Positions 52,028-64,000 of a stretch of DNA of 64,000 nt are shown here, in pieces. The DNA is from Octopus vulgaris (Eukaryota). Both the position numbers and the translations under genes were made by a program. The notes below the pieces were generated by a model, which was not told the origin of the DNA, did no database searches, and saw only the letters and a program-made list of their open reading frames with translations. The DNA is taken from contig OX597815.1 of the NCBI GenBank assembly GCA_951406725.2, forward strand, positions 11,036,001 through 11,100,000, read 5' to 3'. Every line of letters starts with the position of its first letter. Position 1 is the first letter of the stretch.

Positions 52028-53112
52028 TATTTCTTTACTACCCACAAAGGCCTAAGCATAGAGGGGACAAACAAGGACAGACAAAGGGATTAAGTCAATT
52101 ATAGCGACCCCAGTGCGAAACTGGTACTTTATTTATCGACCCCGAAAGGATGAAAGGCAAAGTCGACCTCGGCGGAATTTGAACTTAGAACATAACGGCA
52201 GACGAAATACTTATTTCTTTACTGCCCACAAGGGGCTAAACATAGAGGGGACAAACAAGGACAGACATAGGTACTAAGTCGATTACATTGAACCCAGTGC
52301 GAAACTGTTACTTTATTTATCGACTCCGAAAGGATGAAAGGCAAAGTCGACCACGGCGGAATTTGAACTCACAACATAACGGCAGACGAAATACTGCTCG
52401 GCATTTCGCCCGACGTGTTAACGATTCTGCCAATGTTAATAATAACAATACTACGTGCATAAGAAACTCTTTGTGACAATATAGCGTATGTGCAGAGCAT
52501 CGGACAAAATGCTTAGTGGTATATTTCCCGATTAGCTATGTTCAGAGTTCAAATCCCGCCGACTTCAACTTTACCTTTCATCCTTTCTGGGTTGATAAAA
52601 TAAAGCACCAGTCAATACTGAGGTCGATGTAAGAAAATAATCTTCGATCCACGGCCAAAAAATTTCTGGACTACTGCCAAAATTTGAAAGAGATATCATC
52701 ACTAATGTTATAATCGTTTCTAAAGCAGAGGGCAGCGGGCTGGCTGAATCGTTAGCACGCAGCGGCGAAATGCCTAGCGGTATTTCGTCAGCCGCTATGT
52801 TCTGAGTTCAAATTCCGTCGAGGTCGACTTTGCCTTTCATCCTTTCGTGGTCGATTAAATAAGTACCAGTTACGCACTGGGGGTCGATGTAATCGACTTA
52901 AAACTTATGTCTGGCCTTGTTTGTCCCCTCTATGTTTAACCCCTTGTGGGTAATAAAGAAATAGGTATTTCGTCAGCCGCTACGTTCTGAGTTCAAATTC
53001 CGCCGAGGTCGACGTTGCCTTTCATCCTTTCGGGGTCGATTAAATTAAGTACCAGTTGCATACTGATGTCAATGTAATCGACTGGCCCCTCTCTCCCCAA
53101 ATTTCGGGCCTT
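52028..53112. mobile_element. SINE family C cluster (minus dimer 52028-52432; plus copies 52480-53112)
   Basis: Repeated core in both orientations. Confidence 0.85.
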
Positions 53113-53647
53113 GAGCCTAGAGTAGATTAGAATCGTTTCTAAAGCATAGGCACAAAACTAGAGTACTTTTGCGGGGCAAGGAGTTGGGATATTAATCTAT
53201 TACGTCTACCCTGTTACTTTTGTTTGATTGGAATAAATGTAACAGGAAGCATGAAAGACAAAGTTTATCTCAGCTGTATTTGAATGCAGAGTTTAAAGAG
53301 CCGGCGCAAATATCGCAAATTATTGTGCCTTACGCTGTAAGATTTCTAATAACAGTAATAAGAATAATGGCTTATTTTCTTTCTATTCATTGTTTTTTCA
53401 TCAGTGAAATAACAGTATCAAAACACTATCACCGACTAACTAAGCAGAAAATTCACATTGCAAATACATTACACGACTTACAAAACACCGAGATAACAAT
53501 ATTATAAAGAGAAAACTAAATTCCACAACAAAACTAAACAGACGGGGTTTACAAAAACAAGTGTACACCACTTAAAGGCAATACTGAACACATCTCGAGA
53601 ACGCATTCGAAAGTACAAGGGAACAGAAAGAAAACTATTGAAAACCC

Positions 53648-54370
<723 letters not shown>

Positions 54371-54722
54371 CCTTTTTACTATAGGTACTATGGGGTGGAG
54401 ACAGTTGATTCCATCAACCCAGTGCTTAACTGGTACTTTATTTATCGACCCCGAAAGAATGAAAGGCAAAGTCCATCTCGGCGGAATTTTGAACTCAGTA
54501 CACTTTGATCTTAGCCAAAAGGCGCAGAAGCGATAATAATAATAAGAAGAATGACTTCATTTATTTGCCACAAGGGCGAAGGATGAAGGGGAACAATATA
54601 AAGACAGACATAAAGTGTTGGGGCTGATATATAATGAAAGGATTTTTAAAAAATAAGATAAGGAAGAAAGTATACACGGTATGCACTGAAAAAGAAAGGA
54701 TGTATGCATAGCAACACAAAGG

Positions 54723-54849
<127 letters not shown>

Positions 54850-54851
54850 TA

Positions 54852-55289
54852 TAGGCGCAGGAGTGGCTGTGTGGTAAGTAGCTTGCTAACCAACCACATG
54901 GTTCCGGGTTCAGTCCCACTGCGTGGCACCTTGGGCAAGTGTCTTCTGCTATATAGCCTCGGGGCGACCAATGCCTTGTGAGTGGATTTGGTAGATGGAA
55001 ACTGAAAGAAGTCTCTCGTATATATGTATATATATATATATATGTGTGTGTGTATGTGTGTGTGTTTGTGTGTCTGTGTTTGTCCACCAAATCTAGCATT
55101 TCTTGACAACCGATGCTGGTGTGTTTACGTCCCCGTAACTTAGCGGTTCGGCAAAAAAGAGACCGATAGAATAAGTACTGGGGCTTACAAAAAGAATAAG
55201 TGCCGGGGGTCGATTTGCTCGACTGAAAGGCGGTACTCCAGCATGGCCGCAGTCAAATGACTGAAACAAGTAAAAGAGTAAAAGAGTAA
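54852..55289 (+). mobile_element. SINE family B, full length
   Basis: tggctgtgtgg A-box, gggttcagtccc B-box, ccttgggcaagtg core, (gtaaaaga)n tail. Confidence 0.88.
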
Positions 55290-55307
55290 TAATAATAATA
55301 ATAATAT

Positions 55308-55536
55308 ATCTTTACTACCCACAAAGGGCTAAACACAGAGGGGACAAAGAAAGACAGATAAAGGGATTAAGTCGATTACATCGACTCCAGTGCGTAACTG
55401 GTACTAAATTTATCGACCCCGAAAGGATGAAAGGCAAAGTCGACCTCGGCGGAATTTGAACTCGGAACGTAACGACAGACGAAATACGGCTACGCCTTTT
55501 CGCCCGGCGTGCTAACGTTTCTGCCAGCTCGCCGCC
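55308..55536 (-). mobile_element. SINE family C
   Basis: Full copy. Confidence 0.88.
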
Positions 55537-55814
55537 AAAAATTAAATAAAATAATAATAATAATAATAATGATAATAATAATAATAATAGTAATGATAAT
55601 GATAATAACAATAACGATGATGATGATGATGATAAATATCTAAACAAGATTGAATCGCTTACCTGGCTCCTGTCATCAACTGTATAAACAGGTCCGTTAT
55701 AGTTCTCTCTCTATATATATACTCACTCGTTTCTAACAGACACACAAACACGGCTCGCTCCAATAAAACTAACCAAACACGGAACTGACTGCAAACTCTC
55801 GTCTATTCACATTA

Positions 55815-57005
55815 CGACGGTGGCAGCTATGGCTGGTGTTTGTGACTGCGGTCGTAATGTGTTGGTCGATGTGGTAGCGGCGGCATCAATGGTCCTAGTG
55901 TTAATGGTTATGATAATGGTGGGCGTGGTGGTAGTGTTGTTGGCGTTGGCGGTGAAGGGGGGTCGTTGATGGCGGTGCTGGTGCTGGTGGTGGTGGAAAA
56001 ATATTAGCCTGATGGTTGTGTGGTGGTGGTGTTGTTGGCGTTGGCGGTGAAGGGGGTCGTTGATGGCGGTGCTGGTGCTGGTGGTGGTGGTGGAAAAATA
56101 TTAGCCTGATGGTTGTTGGTGGTGGTGGTGGTTTTGCTATTGTTGTTGAAGGTGGTGAAGGTGGTTGCAGGTGGTTTTGCTGTTATTGTTGTTGATAGTG
56201 GTGATGGTGGTATGATGATAGATGTGGTGTTGTTAATAGTGTTGATGGTAGCGTTGTTGAGAATTCAATAATGGGACCTCATAGCGCTAGTGGTGGTGTT
56301 GGTAGTGTTGGTGGTGTTGTTGGAGGTGGTGTTGGTGGTGGTGATGTTGGTGGTGTTGGTGGTGGTGTTGGTGGTGGTGGTGTTGTTGTTGTTGGTGGTG
56401 TTGTTGTTGTTGTTGGTGGTGTTGTTGGTGTTGGTGGTGGTGTTGTTGGTGGTAGTGTGATGGTGGTGGTGGTAGTGATGATGGTGGTGGTGGTGGTGTT
56501 GGTGGTGTTGATGGTGGTGGTGGTGGTGGTGGTGGTGATGTTGGTGTTGGTGGTGTTGGTGGTGGTGTTGTTGTTGGTGTTGGTGGTGTTGGTGGTGGTG
56601 ATGATGATGGTGGTGTTGTTGTTGGTGGTGGTGTTGGTGGTGGTGGTGTTGTTGGTGTTGGTGATGATGGTGGTGGTGGTGGTGTTGGTGATGTTGGTGG
56701 TGGTGGTGGTGGTGGTGGTGGTGCTAGTGGTGTTGTTTGGGATGATAGCAGTGGTGGTGGTAGTAGTAGTAGTAGTGTAGATCATAGAGGTGGCAGTGGT
56801 TATAGTGACAGTAGTGATAATGGTGGTGGTAGTGGTGGTAGTGGTGGTAGGGATGGTGATAATGGAAGTAGTAATAATGGTAGCGATGGTGGTGTTCGTG
56901 ATGGTAGAGTTGCTGTTGTAGTTTGGGAGTAAACCTGATAATAGTTGCGGTGGTGCTTGAGGTAGTGGTTGTGTTTGTTGTAGTAGCGGAACTAGTGCTA
57001 GTGCT

Positions 57006-57085
<80 letters not shown>

Positions 57086-57235
57086 AGAGAGATGGCGGTG
57101 GTGGTGATGGCTGTGTAGACGGTAGTAATGAGAGTGGTGATGGTGGTAGCGGAATCGTTGCAGTTAAGGTAATGGTGGCGGTAGCGGTAATGGTGGCAGA
57201 GGTGGTGCAGAGTTTATTGCTATCGCTCGTGTTGT
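55815..57235. repeat. (GGT/GTT)n low-complexity tract with a ~95-bp duplication and (GA)n
   Basis: Direct reading; ggaaaaatattagcctgatggttg twice. Confidence 0.85.
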
Positions 57236-57502
57236 GGAACAATTAATTTAAACGAAACTACCCCACCCCACAAATATAACTTCTTAATAACCCCTCCCTA
57301 TACTACCTCTATTCGCCTCCTATAACTCTCTCCCTCCCCCCTCTCTCTCTCTCACACACACACGCAGCGTGCGCGAACACACACACTCCTTCTCTCTCTC
57401 TCTCTCTCTCTCTCATCATTTTCTTGTTCACGATTAATACAAATATTTTCTTTATTAAAACAAATACTTTCATTCCTCTCTTAACATATATCTTTTGTTC
57501 GC

Positions 57503-57855
<353 letters not shown>

Positions 57856-58707
57856 CGTCTATAGTTCCTTGCGTGTAAGATATGTGGGTGGGTAGCATAT
57901 AGTAAAGAAACATTATCTAATGTAGAACTCAAAACAGATATAGAGTATATAAACATACATATACATAACATACATTCATACACACATATATTACATAAAT
58001 ATGTATGTACACATACATATGTACATATACATATATGTGTGTATATGTATATGTGTTACGTATGTATGTATGTATGTATGTACGTATGTATGTATGTATG
58101 TATGTACGTATGTATTTATGTATGTATGTATGGATGTATGTATGTATCTATCTATCTATACGCACACACACACATATACGCGTATACTATAAAAAATACA
58201 TAGATGTTTCAAACCCATGATTCTTCATAAGAGGTTTATCTGTCATGCCTCTCCCAAAACATAACAGCTGTATATCATCTTAGTCCCCAAATCACTTTTA
58301 CGAAATACTAGCTCTACAAATAAATGGAAGACAATCTAATCTATTTCTGCACCAACATTCGCAAATCTTTCGACACCTTGTGAGTAATAAATAAAAAAAT
58401 CTTGACTTCAATTTTGACAGTTAAAAGAGACGCACAACAAATCTCATGTCTACTGTTCATCATATACACAGCAATTGAACAATATAATGGAAACGCCACT
58501 TTCCGTTGGTCATATGACATGTTCAAAACTGTTCGAGTTTTATGTATGTTCATATGCATTATGTATGTCGTATACTTCATGATATAAGACTCTGTTTTTC
58601 CTTTTTGTATATATATATATATACATATATTGCTCGTATATATATATATATATATATACGTCTTCGCTACGTAAGGTTGGTAGTTTATTTATGATGTGTT
58701 CAGAATC

Positions 58708-58765
58708 AGTTCTGCTGACGATCATTAGACGTAAGTTGTATGTGAAATCACGGTGATACAGAACT
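58708..58765 (+). ncRNA. Type I hammerhead ribozyme, near-canonical, in a 230-bp (TA)n-flanked element (58659-58890)
   Basis: AGUUCUG-CUGACGA-UCAUUAGAC GUAA GUUGUAUGU-GAAA-UCAC G GUGA-UA-CAGAACU; perfect 7-bp stem I. Confidence 0.85.
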
Positions 58766-58914
58766 AAATTCATTTTTTAAATGTCTTGCTTTGAAAAACT
58801 GCATTTGGGTATGATTAGTATAATTTTGGTAGTAATGACTTTGTCCCTCCTAGTGTGAGGCATTTATGTGTAATAATGCCCTCTATACAATATATATATA
58901 TATATATATTGCTC

Positions 58915-58957
<43 letters not shown>

Positions 58958-58960
<3 letters not shown>

Positions 58961-59792
58961 GAGCAAAACGCTCCGCTCCAATGGACGGTGCTGAGTTGTC
59001 AAACATTTAAACCAAATTTTCTCAAAACAACTTGTCCGACCGTCCCATAGGCCTCCCCTTTCAGAAACACAGATTTAACCTGAATTTGAGACACCAGCAA
59101 AAGAAGAAATAAATATAGACTTTTTTCGATTCCAAAGAAAAACGATTTTATTCACACAAATATGCAATTGAAGAGTTTAAAGTACCTGTAATTATAAGGC
59201 TGTTGACTGGGGGCACACAAACATGGTTTAAACAGTAAGCTTGGTAGGAAAGGAACGTGCCTTTAAGCAGTACAAAAATAACAAAAAAAGGAAGGTGCAG
59301 TTATGTACAGGTTGACGAAAGAAAAGCAGGACAAAAACGATGCATGCTAATGGGTTAGCTGGAGGTAAATCTAGATGGTTAAGGCAACCCCCCCCCCAAA
59401 AAAAAAACCCAAATAGACTTTCGTTCTTTTATGCCAAGTCTGAAGAAAATATCTCTCTTGCATCTTACTTTTTTTGGACTCTTAAATATACTGCATTTTG
59501 TGGCATTATTTCAAGCCAGCCGACTTTTTTTGCGCAAACTGCCCGTGCATATTTCTCGCGTTCGCGTAGTATCGATAGCAACGGCTGATGTACTTGCGTG
59601 TACAAATGCACGTTCCCAAGGCTTTATCGATCGCATTCTCACCTGGAATCGATTTTTGTAAATTTTTCAAGACTTATACACGCCTTGATACCATCAGTAT
59701 CTACATATCAAATTTGAGCGCAATCGGATGGAGGATGCCCGAGATCTTAGAAGACACACACACAGACAGACAGAACGGATTTTATATATAAT
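58958..59792 (-). mobile_element. Non-autonomous Helitron-like element
   Basis: caaatttgagcgcaatcggatg...acacacagacagacag...ttttatatata end as in Lep1/DINE-like Helitrons; acgag resembles the actag (CTAG) terminus. Confidence 0.55.
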
Positions 59793-59869
59793 ATATATAT
59801 ATATATACTCATATATATATGCACACACACACGCACACACACACACATATATTATATATATATTTATTC

Positions 59870-59905
<36 letters not shown>

Positions 59906-59927
59906 ATATATTATATTATATTATATA

Positions 59928-60009
<82 letters not shown>

Positions 60010-60385
60010 AGTGATCTACCTGATTTCCAAAGAAGGAAAATTGCTGTAGCGTGGATAACTGGAGTTTTAGTCCAAAACTGCTGAATTGCGTAATATTTTG
60101 AGAAGTAATGTTTCAAAGACCATGTTGGCATTCGAAGATAGAGATAAAACCAAGTCTGGCAAGCATGATTCTTGGCAGAATGCAAAGTTCACTGAGAGAA
60201 ACTGCAGAATTTGAGGCGGGAAAAACCGCATCGATCTACGACAGCGAAAGTAACAGCAAAGCTAAACCACTATCTAAATCACTAGGGTCACCCAAAAGTT
60301 TTGCCGTTAACTCCATAAAGAAGGGGACCAAGGAAGGCATGCGGTTGCTAATCCCTTTCCTGTCCACCATCGACATTTAGAAACG
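60010..60385 (+). pseudogene. Tc1 transposase N-terminal (paired HTH) remnant
   Basis: DLPDFQRRKI...TAELRNILRSNVSK...GKHDSWQNAKFTER resembles DLSDFERGQI...SGRKPKLSER. Confidence 0.65.
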
Positions 60386-60395
60386 AAAAAAATAT

Positions 60396-60776
60396 GGAAG
60401 CACTCCGGCGGTTACGACGATGAGGGTTCCGGTTGATCCGAATCAACGGAACAGCCTGCTCGTGAAATTAGCGTGTAAGTGGCTGAGCACTCCACAGACA
60501 CGTGTACCCTTAACGTAGTTCTCGGGGATATTCAGCGTGACACAGAGAGTGACAAGGCCGACCCTTTGAAATACAGGTACAACAGAAACAGGAAGTAAGA
60601 GTGAGAGAAAGTTGTGGTGAAAGAGTACAGCAGGTATCACCACCATCCCCTGCCGGAGCCTCGTGGAGCTTTAGGTGTTTTCGCTCAATAAACACTCACA
60701 ACGCCCGGTCTGGGAATCGAAACCGCGATCCTATGACCGCGAGTCCGCTGCCCTAACCACTGGGCCATTGCGCCTC
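60396..60776 (-). mobile_element. SINE family A, full length
   Basis: TSD-like agaa(a)cgaaaa. Confidence 0.9.
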
Positions 60777-61005
60777 AGAACGAAAATAATAACAGCTTCC
60801 ATAACCAGATTCAGAAACCAGTTCTTTCACACATATATATTATACACATGTAATTTGCACTATTTTTATTTCTTTTGATTATATACACTCCCAGTCTGTC
60901 TCTCTTTTCCTTCTCTCTTTGCATATGTATATGTGCGCGTGTGTATGTGTGTGTGCATGTGTGTATATGCGTGTAAGTGTGTGGTTATAAATATGAGTAA
61001 ATATA

Positions 61006-61222
61006 TGAGGGGGCGATGAAAAGTTCCTGGCATTAAGGGCATCGCGAAAGGCCATGCTGGAGGCCCAACTTTCCGAGTTCTTTTACAGGGTTTCGAAAAA
61101 CTGAAGGATCACTGCAATAAGTGTGTGAATTTGAGAGAGGAATACGTTGAATGAAATCATAATTAAGTGATCCTCCTGTATTTTCTATTATTCAAAGCCA
61201 GGAACTTTTCAACGTTGCCTCA
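61006..61222 (+). mobile_element. Mariner-derived MITE with TA TSD
   Basis: TIR tgagg...tgaaaagttcctggc / gccaggaacttttca...cctca; KLKDHCNKCVNLREEYVE*. Confidence 0.85.
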
Positions 61223-61303
61223 TATGTGTATGTATGTATGCATGCATGTATGTATGTATGTATGTATGTATGTATGTATGTATGTATGTATGTATGTATA
61301 TAC

Positions 61304-61350
<47 letters not shown>

Positions 61351-61356
<6 letters not shown>

Positions 61357-61659
61357 TATATTAAATTAGAGATAAAACTACTATTAGGCAAATCAAACAG
61401 TAAAAAACATAAACCAAAACATAGAAATAAAATAAATTAATATAATATACAAACTATATAAAATATAAAATTCAAAATTTAAACTAATTAAATATTTTTA
61501 ATCTTATATTAAACTTTTTTTAATACTTTTTGATAGTTATATATATTTATATAAAAAAAGTAAATAAATATATAATTAAAACAGTAAAAAAATAAAAAAT
61601 AAAAAAATAAAAATAAAAACAAAAATAAAAAATAAAATATAATAATAAAAATAAATATC

Positions 61660-61718
<59 letters not shown>

Positions 61719-61986
61719 TCATAAGTATAAATTAATATTTAAAAAATTATTCAAATTTTAACTTTGAATTTAATTAATTTAAATTTTGAATTTTATATTT
61801 TATATATTTTGTATATTATATTAATTAATTTTATTTCTATGTTTTGGTTTATGTTTTTCACTGTTTGATTTGCCTAATAATGGTTTTATCTCTAATTTAA
61901 TATAAATATATATATTTATACTGTAAAATTAGATTTGATCCTAAATCTAATTTTTCTCTGTAAGTTTGGATTTATTCCCTAATATT
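61351..61986 (+). mobile_element. AT-rich foldback: arms ~61351-61492 and 61769-61909, tail to 61986
   Basis: ttaaattagagataaaac mirrors gttttatctctaatttaa. Confidence 0.85.
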
Positions 61987-62088
61987 ATATATAAATATAT
62001 ATTATATATAAATATATATTATATATAAATATATATTATATATAAATATATATTATATATAAATATATATTATATATAAATATATAAA
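61987..62088. repeat. 17-bp minisatellite, ~6 copies
   Basis: atatataaatatatatt repeats. Confidence 0.9.
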
Positions 62089-62194
62089 TCCTTAAAAATG
62101 TTTTAGCCCGAAGGCCGCGGCTATGCTGTGGCATAAAGTATTTTTTATTTCACAGTAGCAGCCAAGATTTCCAGGTATGCGAATAAAAATCCAA

Positions 62195-62480
62195 GAGTTT
62201 AGCAAGGCAATAGATAAGATCCCGGCTACATATTTTTCATAGAGAACGGAATCTCGGAAGTGGGAAATTTTCAAGCGTGGTATTTTCAGCAGGTTACACT
62301 TCCAGTGAAGGGTATCTTGGTTAAATAAAGTTTACATGTGAACTTATTTTAATCAGGATACCCTTCACCGGAAGAGTAGCCTGCGGTATACACCTTGCTT
62401 GGACATTAACCACTTCCGAGGTTCCACTCGCTATGAAACATATGTAGCCCAGATCTTATCTACTGCATTCCTTAATTCTC
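62195..62480. mobile_element. Loopless 286-bp palindrome with degenerate HHR in each arm
   Basis: Centre aagtttacatgtgaactt; right arm gaaa-catatg-ta-gcc; left arm (minus) cugcuga. Confidence 0.8.
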
Positions 62481-62525
<45 letters not shown>

Positions 62526-62528
<3 letters not shown>

Positions 62529-62690
62529 AGTAGACGAAGCGGAGTTGGCTGAAGAAGAGGAATTTCCCTTGTGTTGAATGTCTTGTACCCTGTTTTTTCG
62601 TTGTTTAAAATAAATGTCCGTTTCCATGATTCTGTTTTCATGTTTTCGTTTCTCATTGTGTTCGACGTTTTTTTTGTGTCCTGTACCTAT
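62526..62690 (+). mobile_element. PLE pseudo-LTR-like fragment
   Basis: ctgaagaagagg..ccct followed by a T-rich tail; flanked by TA runs. Confidence 0.4.
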
Positions 62691-62819
62691 ATATGCATGT
62701 ATATATACATATAGATGTAGGTACGTACATATATGTATGTATATATGCATATGATTTATTTATTATTTTGTTATTATATGATGGAACGCCACGCATCCTC
62801 TTCCAAGTAAGTTTTATCT

Positions 62820-62955
62820 GTATATATATGTATGTATGTATGTGTGTGTGTATGTATGTATGTATGTATGTATGCATGTATGTATGTATGTATGTATGTT
62901 TGTATGTATGTATGTATGTATGTTTGTTTGTTTTGTATGTATGCATGCATGTATG

Positions 62956-62989
<34 letters not shown>

Positions 62990-63343
62990 TGCATGCATGC
63001 ATGCATGTATGTATGTATGTATGTATGTATGTATGTACGTATGTGTGTGTGTATGTATGTATGTATGTGTGTGTGTATGTATGTATGTATGCATGTATGT
63101 ATGTATGTACGTATGTGTGTGTGTATGTATGTATGTATGTATGTATGTATGTATGTATGTATATATGTATGTATGTATGTATGCATGTATGTATGTATAT
63201 ATATATGTATGTATGTATGTATGTATGCATGTATGTATGTATGTATGTATATATGTGTGTATGTAAGTATGTATGTATGTTTGTATGTATGTATGTGTAT
63301 GTATGTATGTGTGTACGTATGTATGTATGTATGTATGTATGTG
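62820..63343. repeat. (TATG)n microsatellite
   Basis: Direct reading. Confidence 0.95.
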
Positions 63344-64000
63344 TGGCTTTGTTTCCTTTCTTACTTTCTTACTGGTTCTCTCTCTCTTTCTCCCTCTCTC
63401 TCTCAGCCCCGTCATTCTCTTTTTTCCGTACACACACCAACCCAATCATAACAGTGTTGCATCCATGCGATCGATTTCACCCGACCTTCTATGCATCCCT
63501 CATTAATTTAATCTACCCATACACAAACATCTATTTCACCCCCAGCTCCTTTTCCGCATACACACATGCATCCACCGATCATGTAACCAGATCCGTGCAT
63601 ATATCCTCTTATCCAAACGTCAATCAATGTCCTAGTTTCCAGTACAACCACTGGCACATTCGCTCATCCAATCCTTATCCAATTACTCACACATCGATCC
63701 ATGTACTCACACAATTACTCCATGGACTTATCCAATTACTCACACATCCATGTACCCATCTACATATATATATATATATTTACGAAAGTAAAATTACATA
63801 ATATGGTAATAGTGAAACATTTATGTGAATAATACATATTTTCATTGCTTTTTCTTTTGTCTTGCTCCATTTCGTTTTGGTTGTTTTGGCAAATTTTTCT
63901 AGAGAACATTTCTTAGTGGTAAGATCATAGCGGATCTATTTCTAGCATATGGGTGTCCACATAGTGGTTTCCCTCTAATATGTGTGTGTGTATATATATA

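Noticed and set aside
56271-57246. Thr/Pro-rich mucin-like or Gly/Val-rich ORFs
   Set aside because: (GGT/GTT)n low-complexity tract; no splice or domain evidence

Overview
AT-rich, repeat-saturated eukaryotic DNA with no recognisable host gene; almost all ORFs in the track are microsatellite or repeat artefacts. The SINE set, the (CATA)n/(TATC)n/(AAT)n/(TA)n arrays and the TTAGGG runs resemble a cephalopod (Octopus-like) genome (inference). Content: three SINE families; decayed Penelope-like elements (PLEs; Neptune- and Nematis-type RT/GIY-YIG remnants); R4/Dong, RTE and CR1 LINE remnants; mariner, Tc1, hAT, Chapaev and Helitron remnants; and MITEs. The striking layer is non-coding. About eight sequence-diverse foldback (palindromic) elements of 0.2-2.1 kb sit in (TA)n tracts. 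Most carry mirror-image type-I hammerhead ribozyme (HHR) motifs with palindromic stem III and often 50-75 nt stem II, plus a one-sided terminal tail. There are also stand-alone HHRs: a near-perfect one at 58708-58765, a convergent opposite-strand pair at 19477-19628, and a multi-HHR insert that ends at its predicted cleavage site inside an R4 element. All ribozyme calls come from pairing by eye and need folding or covariance-model confirmation.
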